This document shows, in pieces, positions 38,206-48,700 of a stretch of DNA of 64,000 nucleotides. Numbering within the stretch: position 1 is the stretch's first letter; each line of letters starts with the position of its first letter. A program made the translations under genes and the position numbers. Source of the DNA: a virus; the IMG/VR virus record IMGVR_UViG_3300030419_003589, positions 1 through 64,000 of that record; one strand, written 5' to 3'. The notes under the pieces were generated by a model. That model worked only from the letters and a program-made list of their open reading frames with translations. It had not been told where the DNA came from and made no database searches.

Positions 38206-40058
38206 TGCCTATTAGAATCAGATATCAGAATGACCCAGCTCAAGAGTGTACCATAAGACCTACTCCTCTGGTCAGTATTAACTCAAATGTACTGAAGAAT
38301 GGAGCGGGAGAAGCGTTTGGCGTCACCTATACAATAACTTTAAATGGTACATTGTTACCAGACGAGGGGTCTCCGTACGCACTGGATAGCACCTCGACAC
38401 AAGGCGGGGCTTTTGACAGTCCGTACCCATTTCATGACGCGGGAAGCTTTGGCGGGACTAATCCTGCCCCAACGCATGTTGGCCCCTATAAGGCGTTTGA
38501 CAGCAATAGGTCTCACACGGGGATAAGCAAACCCCCAAAACAGGTAGTCCCCACTAACGATCTTGCTACGGCGATATTATCCAAACAGAGGGCTATGAAA
38601 GCTCTATTCGCACAAGACGGTCAAAGATTTGAAATTACAGATATTAGAGAAGACTTACCCGCTGTAATATGTTACCCCAGAATAACTAGCGTTAATTTTA
38701 CTGAAGGCACATACATAACTAAAGCCGAGTATTCAATAACTATGGAGGCTGACATACTACTCCATAAAGAGCCCGCAGGGTTTAAACCAGACCTAGACGG
38801 AACACTTATCCCCATAGGCAGTGGCGATCAAGACAGGAAGTATCCCAAGACGACTCAGGCCGGAACTGAGAACAATCTTATAGTTGCTTTAAGCGGGGCG
38901 TTTATACAAAATTACGGAGAAACTTGGGCAATAGAAGTAGATGATAGTAGTCAAGGTGAAGTAATTGATCTAGAGAACGAGATCGTTGCTCCAAGGTCGT
39001 ATAGGATATCGCACTCCATAAATGCCACCGGAAAAACTCACTATGCGCATAAGAATACCGGTCTTCCAGACAAGATACCAGCGTGGGAGTCGGCCAGAAA
39101 ATTTGTAACAAACCGTCTTAATAGAGAGGCTACAGCGAACTACCCCAATAAATTTCCTACGGTTGGTGGCGTAGAAATCATTGGTAGCGGCACATTAGAC
39201 CTAATTAATAAATATGGCGGATATAATTTAGTAAGAACAGAGAATATAGATGAGGCCGGTGGATCATATTCCGTCACTGAGAATTGGTTCCTTTGTAGCG
39301 GCGTTGCCTATGAGAAGTTTGATCTAAGTGTCAGTTCTTCCAATAGCAGTCCTTTTGTTCAGGTTTCAATAAATGGAAGCATTAAAGGGCTTTCTTCGTT
39401 TAGTCCTAGCGGTACCATTAATGGTGGTTCAGATACCAGAGCGATAACAGGTGGCGGCTCTGGAGTAACAGCGTACAGTAATGCCCTAAGTAAATATAAT
39501 GAAATAACAAATTCAGGCTTCTTTGGTGTTGGCAGTCATGCTTATAAACGAGCAAACAACATGGTTGCAGTAGCGTTAAACTCACAGCCCGCCAGTGTAA
39601 ATATAGGCGCTAATAAATTTACCGGAGATTTAACTTATGCATTGGCATTTGACAATAGACCAACTAATATAATATCAGGAGCGTTATCAGAAGACATACA
39701 GGTTAATGATACTTACCCCGGAGATGTATTCGCGGTAATTCCGGTCCTAGGAAGAAAGACTGGCCCTGTATTGCAATATATTGGAGGCAGAACGGAGCAC
39801 AAGAGAGACGTTTCCGTGAGTTTAGTAATGGATTATACAAAGATACCCTACGGTTCCGGTAGAGACCCAATGATAATGAAGAAGCCTAGCGTTGTAGAGC
39901 CTACAGCAAGCCAATTAGCTACACTGCTGAAAGAGCTGAGTCCACAACAAGAGCCGGGGGTTAGGAAATGTTTTGTTGGAGCCCCATCAGAAAGCTGGAG
40001 CCCAAAGGCCGGAACGTATAGCTTTAATGTGTCGTTCACATATGAGTTGGATAAATAA
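38205..40058 (+). CDS. Tail protein (distal tail / hub-like)
   Basis: 617 aa, beta-rich, repeated Y-T/S-I-T-L/I-N-G strands, TAATG-coupled to the giant gene. Confidence 0.5.
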   Translation: MPIRIRYQNDPAQECTIRPTPLVSINSNVLKNGAGEAFGVTYTITLNGTLLPDEGSPYALDSTSTQGGAFDSPYPFHDAGSFGGTNPAPTHVGPYKAFDSNRSHTGISKPPKQVVPTNDLATAILSKQRAMKALFAQDGQRFEITDIREDLPAVICYPRITSVNFTEGTYITKAEYSITMEADILLHKEPAGFKPDLDGTLIPIGSGDQDRKYPKTTQAGTENNLIVALSGAFIQNYGETWAIEVDDSSQGEVIDLENEIVAPRSYRISHSINATGKTHYAHKNTGLPDKIPAWESARKFVTNRLNREATANYPNKFPTVGGVEIIGSGTLDLINKYGGYNLVRTENIDEAGGSYSVTENWFLCSGVAYEKFDLSVSSSNSSPFVQVSINGSIKGLSSFSPSGTINGGSDTRAITGGGSGVTAYSNALSKYNEITNSGFFGVGSHAYKRANNMVAVALNSQPASVNIGANKFTGDLTYALAFDNRPTNIISGALSEDIQVNDTYPGDVFAVIPVLGRKTGPVLQYIGGRTEHKRDVSVSLVMDYTKIPYGSGRDPMIMKKPSVVEPTASQLATLLKELSPQQEPGVRKCFVGAPSESWSPKAGTYSFNVSFTYELDK

Positions 40059-40060
40059 AC

Positions 40061-40642
40061 ATGCCAGATCCTAATGAAAACTGTGACAGCAGAGGTAAAG
40101 TCAGAGATGACAGATACGGGTTTCCTCATTATTTTTATTGTGACCCCGGCCTACCGCTAGACGAAGAATATTCAAAGGCGAATCCTTGGAATGGAGCGCC
40201 TTTTGGTGTAGGTGTTCAGCGTGACCAAACCCCTGTTATGCCTTCTGCGGAAGTACACTTCTTTGATTATTCACAACATCAAGAGAATATACAAAAAGTT
40301 GCGGGCGGACCGAGCGGAATAAATTTCCTTTTTCCCTCTCCATCTTCCGTTTCGGCAGTCGCAGAGTCCCAGTATAGCCCGGAGTGGTGGGCTGTATCTG
40401 GAATATATAAAACGTTTGGGGCCGATGTACAGGTAACAACCGATCCAGACCAAACAGGAATATTTCACTTTGATAATTTAAAAGGACAATTTAGCACTCT
40501 AGGAACTAAGGATGTTGCCGTTGACTTTAATATCTTTTTTCCATTTGTGCATCACGGAAACGCTACAGAGCCAACTTTAATGGCTATCCCCTACGTGTCG
40601 GATTATATTATAGCAACACCTTATTTTCCGTATCCAGTTTAA
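40061..40642 (+). CDS. Hypothetical tail-associated protein
   Basis: 193 aa, Pro/aromatic-rich, in operon. Confidence 0.5.
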   Translation: MPDPNENCDSRGKVRDDRYGFPHYFYCDPGLPLDEEYSKANPWNGAPFGVGVQRDQTPVMPSAEVHFFDYSQHQENIQKVAGGPSGINFLFPSPSSVSAVAESQYSPEWWAVSGIYKTFGADVQVTTDPDQTGIFHFDNLKGQFSTLGTKDVAVDFNIFFPFVHHGNATEPTLMAIPYVSDYIIATPYFPYPV

Positions 40643-40652
40643 GGAAGGAACT

Positions 40653-43600
40653 ATGTCTGAAAATTTATTAGGAATTGTTGCCCCAAGCGGGGAATATGCC
40701 GAAGGTTGGCCGTCGCAATTCGTATTGCCCCAAGGCATTAATGGCGACATGTCAGATGCCGGATGGAAAGAAGGGGCAGAGGGATTTCCTCAACAAACCT
40801 TCCTCGGCGCCTCCATTAGAAACTTTAATATAAATGCTGGTTTCGGAGATAGTACATCTACACTTTCTGTTGACTTAGTTAATGATGAGTTTAACCTATC
40901 CGATGAAACGTTAATGGGTAGCGGAGACGACCCCTACCACAATGGTGACTCAGACCAGTTCAGGCCGCCAGTCGTTGGTACGCCCGTTTTCTTCAAATTT
41001 GGTGGCAATCCAGCCTCTGTAGAGCAGGCTTGGAGAAAGACATTCGACGACCTGTACGGAATAGATACTATAGATGAACCGGTTGATTTCCCCACTATCA
41101 CCACTGCCGGTGAAATAAAAAGAATTCCCGCCCCTCATCACTATCTGAGAAAAATAGAAAACAAGGGAACACCTAATCAAGTAAATACATGGGTGAATAA
41201 AAGCGCCCTTTATGATCCGGAAACTCAATGGAGAGGTAAGGATCACCTCGTATTTGGAGGTATCCTGCAAAGCTATACTCAGAACAGAGGTCCGGGTGGT
41301 AATCCATTATATTCAGCACAGATTACAGACCCTAGAGAGATACTTTCAAACGCAGTGGTTCTTTTAAGTAACTATGCTGGAACTACGTTCAACAACAAAA
41401 ACCTACTTAATGTATTTGGGTTTTTGGAACATGACCCCAGTGAGCCCACAAAAAAGGCAATAGAGGGGCTTGCATTAAGTAAGAATGTTGTAACAAAAGT
41501 TATTAATCCGCTAACCGGTAATTTTATTTATACCGGAGATGATAACTATCATTTTGAAAAACCGGCCTTCAAGGGTACCTTTTTTACTGGGACTGGTCAC
41601 GTTCACTTTCCAGATACAATAGGTGAAACCTTTCCGATTACTGGCCAAGGCTTCGCCCGTAGAAGCGAAAGAGGAATGCCTTGGTATAGGATACGGGATG
41701 GGTTAAACGCTTTAATGGGTGTCAATGGATTCTTACCCACTGAGTATGTCGAGGCTGGCTATGGCGGAGCAATAGATTTTAGGGGCTATAAATATATAGT
41801 TGACTTTAGTGGTATTCCAAGTGAGCTTATACCTGACTCCTTCTTCTTTGACTTTGATCAAACAGACCTTCTTTCTTTATCTCAAGAGATCTGTGATATT
41901 ATCAGTCACGAATTATTTGTAACATTACTTCCAGTGATTGACCACCCAAGCTGTAAAGTTATTCATGACTTCAATACCAACATTATAAGATTCTTTCCGC
42001 AGTTCCGATCTCAGATGATTGCTGGTATAATTAGAGTAGATGCTATTGATAAAAGAAAGCCGCCCACTTATGGTGCGATAAAATCATATCTAGACTTTTT
42101 GCTTGCTAGAGGTGTTGAAGTAGAGAATCAAGATGTTGGTTACGAACTATCTAATGTCACAACTGATAAATTCGTTGTTGGTGGCCAAGAAACAAATATG
42201 TACTACTTCTCAGCAGCTAAAGATAGAAATGACATGGAGGTTAGAAAGCACAAAGACGGACAAACTAACAAGCTGGCATTGCTTGAGAGAGAGAAATGGT
42301 CTCTAGATACAATGCTAAAGCAACAGGTGTTGCCGTTCTACGGATTTCTTGGTCCAGAAAAGGCTGTTACTATCCCAAAGGGCTTTGGCTCTTATCAGCA
42401 AATCCTACTCGATGCGACCAACCTAAACGCTTTTGGTGTAGGCAACTATTATGTAGCTACCGAGATTGAGCTTAGAGCCGCCCTCGTTTCTTACCAACAG
42501 TGGAAAAATTTCTTATTGCAATATGATGAACAGTGGATGAGGAAGCTCGAAGGCCCGATAAAACACTTTGATCAGCATGTACCGGCTGACGTTGCCGCCG
42601 AGATTGCGGACGCTGGGATGAGTGACGATGTTACAGAAATGTTTAAAGCGTGTTTTGATGGTAAGTACGGAGTCTCTGTTCCAAGATGTGTGTGGAGATC
42701 GGATAAAAATTACCTTGGGAAGGACGGGTATCCGGCAAGCCCATGTGCTCCTCCGTTTGGTTATCCGCTTTATTATAAGAGGGCTGAAAAGATAGGTGTT
42801 GCCGAAGGGGGAATAGTCTCTGTCTTAAACGCGCAGACAACCCTAATGAGCAACTTAAATCAGCTAAAGGATAAACTAGATACAAATGAGCCATATTTTA
42901 ACACTATAAAAGAGGATGCCCTTGAGGAAGTAAAGAAGATTGAAAAAAGCATAAATGCGAAATGGCTTCAATTCAAGAGAGCATTCTCCAATGATCTGGC
43001 GGCACAAGCAGCCTTTTCCACCATAAATGTTAAACTGTATACGGCGTTAGCGGAGGCCAAGGCATATGTCAAGCAGATCGAAAAAGACTTAAAGCAGGCA
43101 GATGCAGACGACAAGCTTGTTATCGCACATATTAATGACACCATAAGTAATAACAAAAAACTTCTCAAGAACGCTTCCAGAATAGCCAAGAAGGGAGAGA
43201 AGAATGCCCAGAAGGTTTATAACTTTGTTAGGAAGGTGGCGGAAGAGAATTTAGGGAAAAAATTCTTGGTAAAAATCCCCAAGAAGGCAAATATGAACTT
43301 CGATCCAGAAGTCAAATACTGGCAAAAAGGTATTGTCGAAGATAACTCCGGAGATGAGGAAGAGGGTGAAGTTGAACAGCAAGAAAACATGGCCGTATCT
43401 AACGTTAAGAAGGGGCCATTTGGATTTAGGCCACTTCCCGTTACTGCCGGAGCTGCGTATCACATCAGTGGTGAGGCTTGGGAAACTATAATCAAGAATA
43501 TAGGAAAGCGAGTGAAAAATTCGGATGCGTTTGAACATTATTTAGATCCTGACCATAAGACAGGAAACGCTAGTTTTCCGAATGGATACACCAATGGGGC

Positions 43601-45719
43601 GTTGAAGTGCAATTACAATCCCTTCACTGAGGCATGGGAATATAATTATAAGCCAGAGCCTCAAGGGGGCTTTGTTGACTTCTCTCTGATTGGCATGAAA
43701 ACGGTTGGCATGGGTATTGGCTTTGAAGCTAGGCATAAGAGGGCGTTTCCTAAGTTTGTTACAAACGCGCTAGCTCCCCTAGACACCAAAAACTTAATGA
43801 TGTCAAGCAATAGAATGTCTTGCTATGTTAGGTTTGATAACAGTCACCTCTATGATTTTTCAAATTTATCTTCCGAGTCTTTCTCTCAGCAGAGTATAAA
43901 TGAATTTGGATTGATTATCCCCGACGCACTAGAGGAACTAGATAATGTTGATCCCGACAAGAGCATGACTATGGCGGAGGTTCAAGCTAGACAAGATGAA
44001 GATAAACTCTTGGATCGACAGCCCCCATCTGTTGCGTTTGTTAAGTGTGATGTAGACGAAGAATTCTATATGGCTCCAAGGGTCATGAATATTCCAACAC
44101 AAGTTTTTGCTAGAAGCTTCAAGGTTGTTGTTCCAACACCAAGAATGGAAATTATAAAAGTTGCCCCAGAGGACAATCCCGACACAGACGATGTCGATGA
44201 ATCGAAATGCTTAGTTCCAAGTGGTGTAACAAGAAAAGTAATTCCTGTCTTCAGTCCATCGGAACCAAAACGTAGTTCACAGAAAAAAACCGTTATGACT
44301 ACAGATTTTCTTAAGGTCAAATCGACGGATGGAGTACCCATTTATAATGATCGGTCGGATTGGGACCCGGACAGTCCGTTTGGTGGAGACATAATAAGCA
44401 TAGACAAAGAAACAATACATTTAGTTGATGGAAGAAGGGTTGCCCAAGATCCAGATAGCGTATACGCATTAATTACACTACCGGGAATGGTTACCCCCAC
44501 TTTAGATTTGCGGTACTGTGATGGCCCACAGTCTTGCTACCAGACAGCTAAAATGTATAATCTTCAAACTAGGGACGTGGTTAAAGGAGTACTTGGCTTT
44601 GAAGAGCCAGCAGAATTTACCAATGGCGTCCTAAAAGCAACCTGCGAGACGCTACAGGACTTTGAACTTGGGGAAATAAACGATGCTAGAGCAGCCCAGA
44701 AGCAAGCCCTGAAAAATGCTCATGTCGCATCTATGGACAGTTCGTTAGCATACAATGCTCCCTCTCCGGTTTATCCCGACATGGTGGCAATACCTTTAAT
44801 GTCAATGGAAAGATGCTATGGCCCTTGGTTATCTAATGCATCGCTTGACCCCGCAACACTAGCACCCGGAGTAACAAATATTGGTGGGAAAATCGAGTTT
44901 GTTAAAGACGAGAACTTGGCCCCTTGGAATTATGGGGGTTACCAATTGATGAATGAGGCGGGCTTTTTACAGGCACAGTTTTCAAATAGTCTTTTACTAT
45001 TTACGGAGCGGGGAGGGTTTGTTATACCTCAAGCTCCTACAGGAGTAGCAATAGCCAGAGCCTTAAAAACTGGTGGCCCTTTAGTAACCTCGATAAGCGT
45101 AGATATATCACAAAGTAAAATAAGCACAACCGTTAAAATGGATTTGTATACTTCAAGCTTTGGAAAACTACAAAAACAGAAAGAGGGAAATATAGCTCAA
45201 ATTGGTAGAGAAAGACAGAAGCTGGTTGATCAGAGGAATAACGCAATAAGAAGAGGTATGGGAAAAACACTCTCTAACAAAAACTTTTATGAGGCCGTAC
45301 TCAAAGGTGGTGGAGCAGACCTCCTTAAAGCGGCAAGTGCTTCAACTCAGCACTTCTCTGATTTTGAGAAGGGACAAGTTGAAGAAAATAATATATTCTT
45401 AGCTGCCAAAACATCATGGAATAATGGTGAGCCGGTAAATTTCAACGGCACGGTGGCCGGGGCAGCAGGAAACATGTTAAAACAAGGTAATAGCTACATT
45501 CAGACTAATCTTAATAACGTCGGTGAAATGATGGGGTTATCTCAGGATACGGTTGGAGCCTTAAAAACAGCGGGATTGACGAACATGGGATTCATTGGAG
45601 ACTTTATTAATTTGGTGGACATGACTACCCATAATGAAAACGAACCTAGGGTAGCACGCCCTCCGCAAAAAAGCGTTGACCAAAGACGTGGACCAGCCCC
45701 TCCCGATGTAGAGAATTAA
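40653..45719 (+). CDS. Large tail-tip / baseplate-hub-like protein (1688 aa)
   Basis: FLGASIRNFNINAGFGDSTSTLSVDLVND N-terminal hub-like strands, a central coiled-coil, and GGPLVTSISVDISQSKISTTVKMDLYT near the C-terminus. Confidence 0.55.
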   Translation: MSENLLGIVAPSGEYAEGWPSQFVLPQGINGDMSDAGWKEGAEGFPQQTFLGASIRNFNINAGFGDSTSTLSVDLVNDEFNLSDETLMGSGDDPYHNGDSDQFRPPVVGTPVFFKFGGNPASVEQAWRKTFDDLYGIDTIDEPVDFPTITTAGEIKRIPAPHHYLRKIENKGTPNQVNTWVNKSALYDPETQWRGKDHLVFGGILQSYTQNRGPGGNPLYSAQITDPREILSNAVVLLSNYAGTTFNNKNLLNVFGFLEHDPSEPTKKAIEGLALSKNVVTKVINPLTGNFIYTGDDNYHFEKPAFKGTFFTGTGHVHFPDTIGETFPITGQGFARRSERGMPWYRIRDGLNALMGVNGFLPTEYVEAGYGGAIDFRGYKYIVDFSGIPSELIPDSFFFDFDQTDLLSLSQEICDIISHELFVTLLPVIDHPSCKVIHDFNTNIIRFFPQFRSQMIAGIIRVDAIDKRKPPTYGAIKSYLDFLLARGVEVENQDVGYELSNVTTDKFVVGGQETNMYYFSAAKDRNDMEVRKHKDGQTNKLALLEREKWSLDTMLKQQVLPFYGFLGPEKAVTIPKGFGSYQQILLDATNLNAFGVGNYYVATEIELRAALVSYQQWKNFLLQYDEQWMRKLEGPIKHFDQHVPADVAAEIADAGMSDDVTEMFKACFDGKYGVSVPRCVWRSDKNYLGKDGYPASPCAPPFGYPLYYKRAEKIGVAEGGIVSVLNAQTTLMSNLNQLKDKLDTNEPYFNTIKEDALEEVKKIEKSINAKWLQFKRAFSNDLAAQAAFSTINVKLYTALAEAKAYVKQIEKDLKQADADDKLVIAHINDTISNNKKLLKNASRIAKKGEKNAQKVYNFVRKVAEENLGKKFLVKIPKKANMNFDPEVKYWQKGIVEDNSGDEEEGEVEQQENMAVSNVKKGPFGFRPLPVTAGAAYHISGEAWETIIKNIGKRVKNSDAFEHYLDPDHKTGNASFPNGYTNGALKCNYNPFTEAWEYNYKPEPQGGFVDFSLIGMKTVGMGIGFEARHKRAFPKFVTNALAPLDTKNLMMSSNRMSCYVRFDNSHLYDFSNLSSESFSQQSINEFGLIIPDALEELDNVDPDKSMTMAEVQARQDEDKLLDRQPPSVAFVKCDVDEEFYMAPRVMNIPTQVFARSFKVVVPTPRMEIIKVAPEDNPDTDDVDESKCLVPSGVTRKVIPVFSPSEPKRSSQKKTVMTTDFLKVKSTDGVPIYNDRSDWDPDSPFGGDIISIDKETIHLVDGRRVAQDPDSVYALITLPGMVTPTLDLRYCDGPQSCYQTAKMYNLQTRDVVKGVLGFEEPAEFTNGVLKATCETLQDFELGEINDARAAQKQALKNAHVASMDSSLAYNAPSPVYPDMVAIPLMSMERCYGPWLSNASLDPATLAPGVTNIGGKIEFVKDENLAPWNYGGYQLMNEAGFLQAQFSNSLLLFTERGGFVIPQAPTGVAIARALKTGGPLVTSISVDISQSKISTTVKMDLYTSSFGKLQKQKEGNIAQIGRERQKLVDQRNNAIRRGMGKTLSNKNFYEAVLKGGGADLLKAASASTQHFSDFEKGQVEENNIFLAAKTSWNNGEPVNFNGTVAGAAGNMLKQGNSYIQTNLNNVGEMMGLSQDTVGALKTAGLTNMGFIGDFINLVDMTTHNENEPRVARPPQKSVDQRRGPAPPDVEN

Positions 45720-45739
45720 AGGACTAGGAGAACAAAAAT

Positions 45740-48700
45740 ATGGATAATCTAGATAGATACAAAGCAGACTATCACGAGTTTACAAATAACAGTGAGTGGT
45801 TAAAGAAGTTTAACCTTTCTACGTACACCACTGGGGTTCTTTATCGCTGGTGGAATTCGTGCTGGATGGATCAGGGCGATCCGAACGCGAACGACGTTGC
45901 TTCAAGGGGCCACATTGGTCAGAGCGTGAGCGTTAGAGATCTTTATGCGTACGAGCTTGGCGTGGACGACTTCGCTAGTACGAACCAGCGGGATGCCATC
46001 GGCTCTGTGATGGCGCCCACCAACGACCCAAGCATGGCTGTATTTATGAATGGCAATAGGGCACGGCGCGGCCTGTTGCAAAGTGGTATACAGTTTGAGG
46101 CGTGGAGATTTGAAGATAATAACAAGGGTAGATTTGAATTAATAGAGAAGCTAGTAGACTGGACGTGGCAAGACCCCAGAGAAGAGGTTCTTTGGGGGCC
46201 ATTTGATTGGGACGACCTTCAGATAGATGAGTTCACTCAGAAAATAGTCGTCTCTCCGACAAAAGATGGAGAAGAGCCTACACTTGTAGATGCAGAGTAT
46301 GAGGGTTGTGACTACAACGCTGGTATACTTGGTTCTCCCTATCAAAGCCTTTCTGAAATAATAACGATGAACAATTGGGTCAGGCTCAAGGAAATCTCTA
46401 TGCCAAAGGTAGAGGATTGGCCCGAGAAGGATAAAGCCAGAAGAGAATTTATAGATGATATTAAGACCTCCAGAAGCGGCTGTCTTTCCATTATGTGCTC
46501 GATTGCTGTAGATGTAACTCCGGACAGACTTGAACTTTGCCCAATTACCGAGTACTTTACAACAAACCTATATTTGAGAGATACGATCAAACCTGAGAAC
46601 AAAGCTTTCTTTGCTCTTCCTGAACTCAAAAAGGTAGGTATCCCTAAAGATTCTACAGGTAGACCGTATGGCTCCAAAAAAGACGGAGACCTTTCAGAGC
46701 CAGACGAAACCAAAGAAGGGGACAAAGTAGTTGCTGATATTGATATGCACTTTAATGAGTACACGGGGACTTATCAAAGCGGCAGTAAAACTATCTTAGC
46801 AAAAATAACCAAAACCGTTGGCCCAGCAGATGGCGCTGAGGATTTAGAATCTTTGAAGGGCAGTGATAACGAGGAAACACTGGACGGATTAAACGATAAC
46901 TATCTCCAAATGGGAACCGGGGAAGCCATGCCAATTACTATGCAGAATGGCAACCCATATCAATGGACTCCTAATTATGCACTACCCGCCGACTGTAGAG
47001 AGGGTAATACGGACAAAGCCACAGTTATTGTATACAATCCAGACCCAGAGAAAAGCTTTTCTGTTGGCAAGACCGTGCTGCTACATGAGGTAGACGGCGT
47101 TTGGATGCCTGTTGAATTTGGCTCCGGTGAAGACACGACATTTACCCCACAGCCCATATTTAAAGGTAGATGGGAAATACAACAGTTCGCAACATGTATG
47201 GGCAATTTTTTCACAACGGCGCGGGCGCCGGAGCATCCGTGGAACAGTAATTGCAATACGGTAGATTATCCGTTTGGTAGACGCTCGCAACTTACACCCA
47301 TTCAGGCGGAGCAAAAGTTTCATAGAAAATATTATTACTCCAACGACTTGAATAATGGCGGGCCTGATGACCCCACTAAATATGCCGGAAAGTTCGGCGG
47401 CGCTGCCGACGATTGGGTATCTGAGGCGATCACCAATACAGCCGCGAGTTACTGTAGGCAGGTTACGGGGTTTGACTATTTAGAGCATACACTAGGAGGA
47501 ACTAGGTCGCCTACAAAACGGTCTATAGATAGAACCACGTTTGGTCGATTTGCCAACGGTGATATGCCTTCGGAGGCGGGCGGGTATAGCCCTGAGAATA
47601 CTGTTTATTTTGGGACGCTTTTCCCCGATGGATGGACCGCTACGGGTATGGACAACGAGGAAGAGAGTGGCCCTCAGACTCTTACGTATGAGGCGCGACC
47701 CTATCACATGAAAACTTGGGGCGTGGAGAATGAATTTTTCTACGACCAAGGAGACACTGACAATCCTGTTATTCCGGCAGCTAAGAACGTATTGCCTCAA
47801 ACTTTGCAGGCAGATTCTGATGCAACCGCCTACCAAGATGCTTGGAAGAAGATTATAGGCGAAGATGAACAGGGCAAGCTAAGGGACGATAAGAAAGTAG
47901 GCATGTTCTATAATTATGCAGATCATCAGTCTACGGTGTTGGAGCAAATGCCAGCAGATTATGCGTTACAATGCTCCCCAAGCGGAACGTATGGCAGACC
48001 CATTCTTAGTCTAAGAAAATTAATCGAACTCGACAACACCACTATACCCGCGAACCTGCAAGAGGCCGTGCAAAAGGGGTTTTACACTAAACTACTTGAT
48101 AAAACAGTTGCCGGTACGAGAACTTTAGATGATATAAAAAACCTACAAACTCTAGCTCGTAAAAATAGTTTTTATAGCTGGCTTTATCGAGAACCTCAAG
48201 ACGGTTTTCCTGAAGACGAGGCTGGAGAGACCACGGTTGAGTACCATAAAAGCGCAATGGACTGGAGGCCAGTCAGGGCGTCTAGAATACAGTTCAGACC
48301 ATTGATGTACGAACTATACGCTAATGATCATGGGAGGCAAATCCCGACAAGTTATTTTCCAACTCCATACTACAATAGAGATTATATATATAACTACTTG
48401 TCGTTTAAGATGGACGATGGACTTCCAGCTTGGAGTACGCAAAGTCGTTTACGCGAGGATAAATTGCGCGATGGTAAGCTGAATAGAATATACATGGAGA
48501 ATAATGACTCAATTGGTTCTCACCCAGTAGGTTTTGGCGGCTACGGCTTCAGTCCAAACGACGGCTGCGACACGGTCAGCAGACAATTTTACAGAGCTAA
48601 TGGGTTACCTTTCAATAATGATTTTCAACAGGCGGTACTCAACAAGTATCACCCTACCGAGAGGGTGCACTACGACCTGTACAGATGCAACTATGCGGGT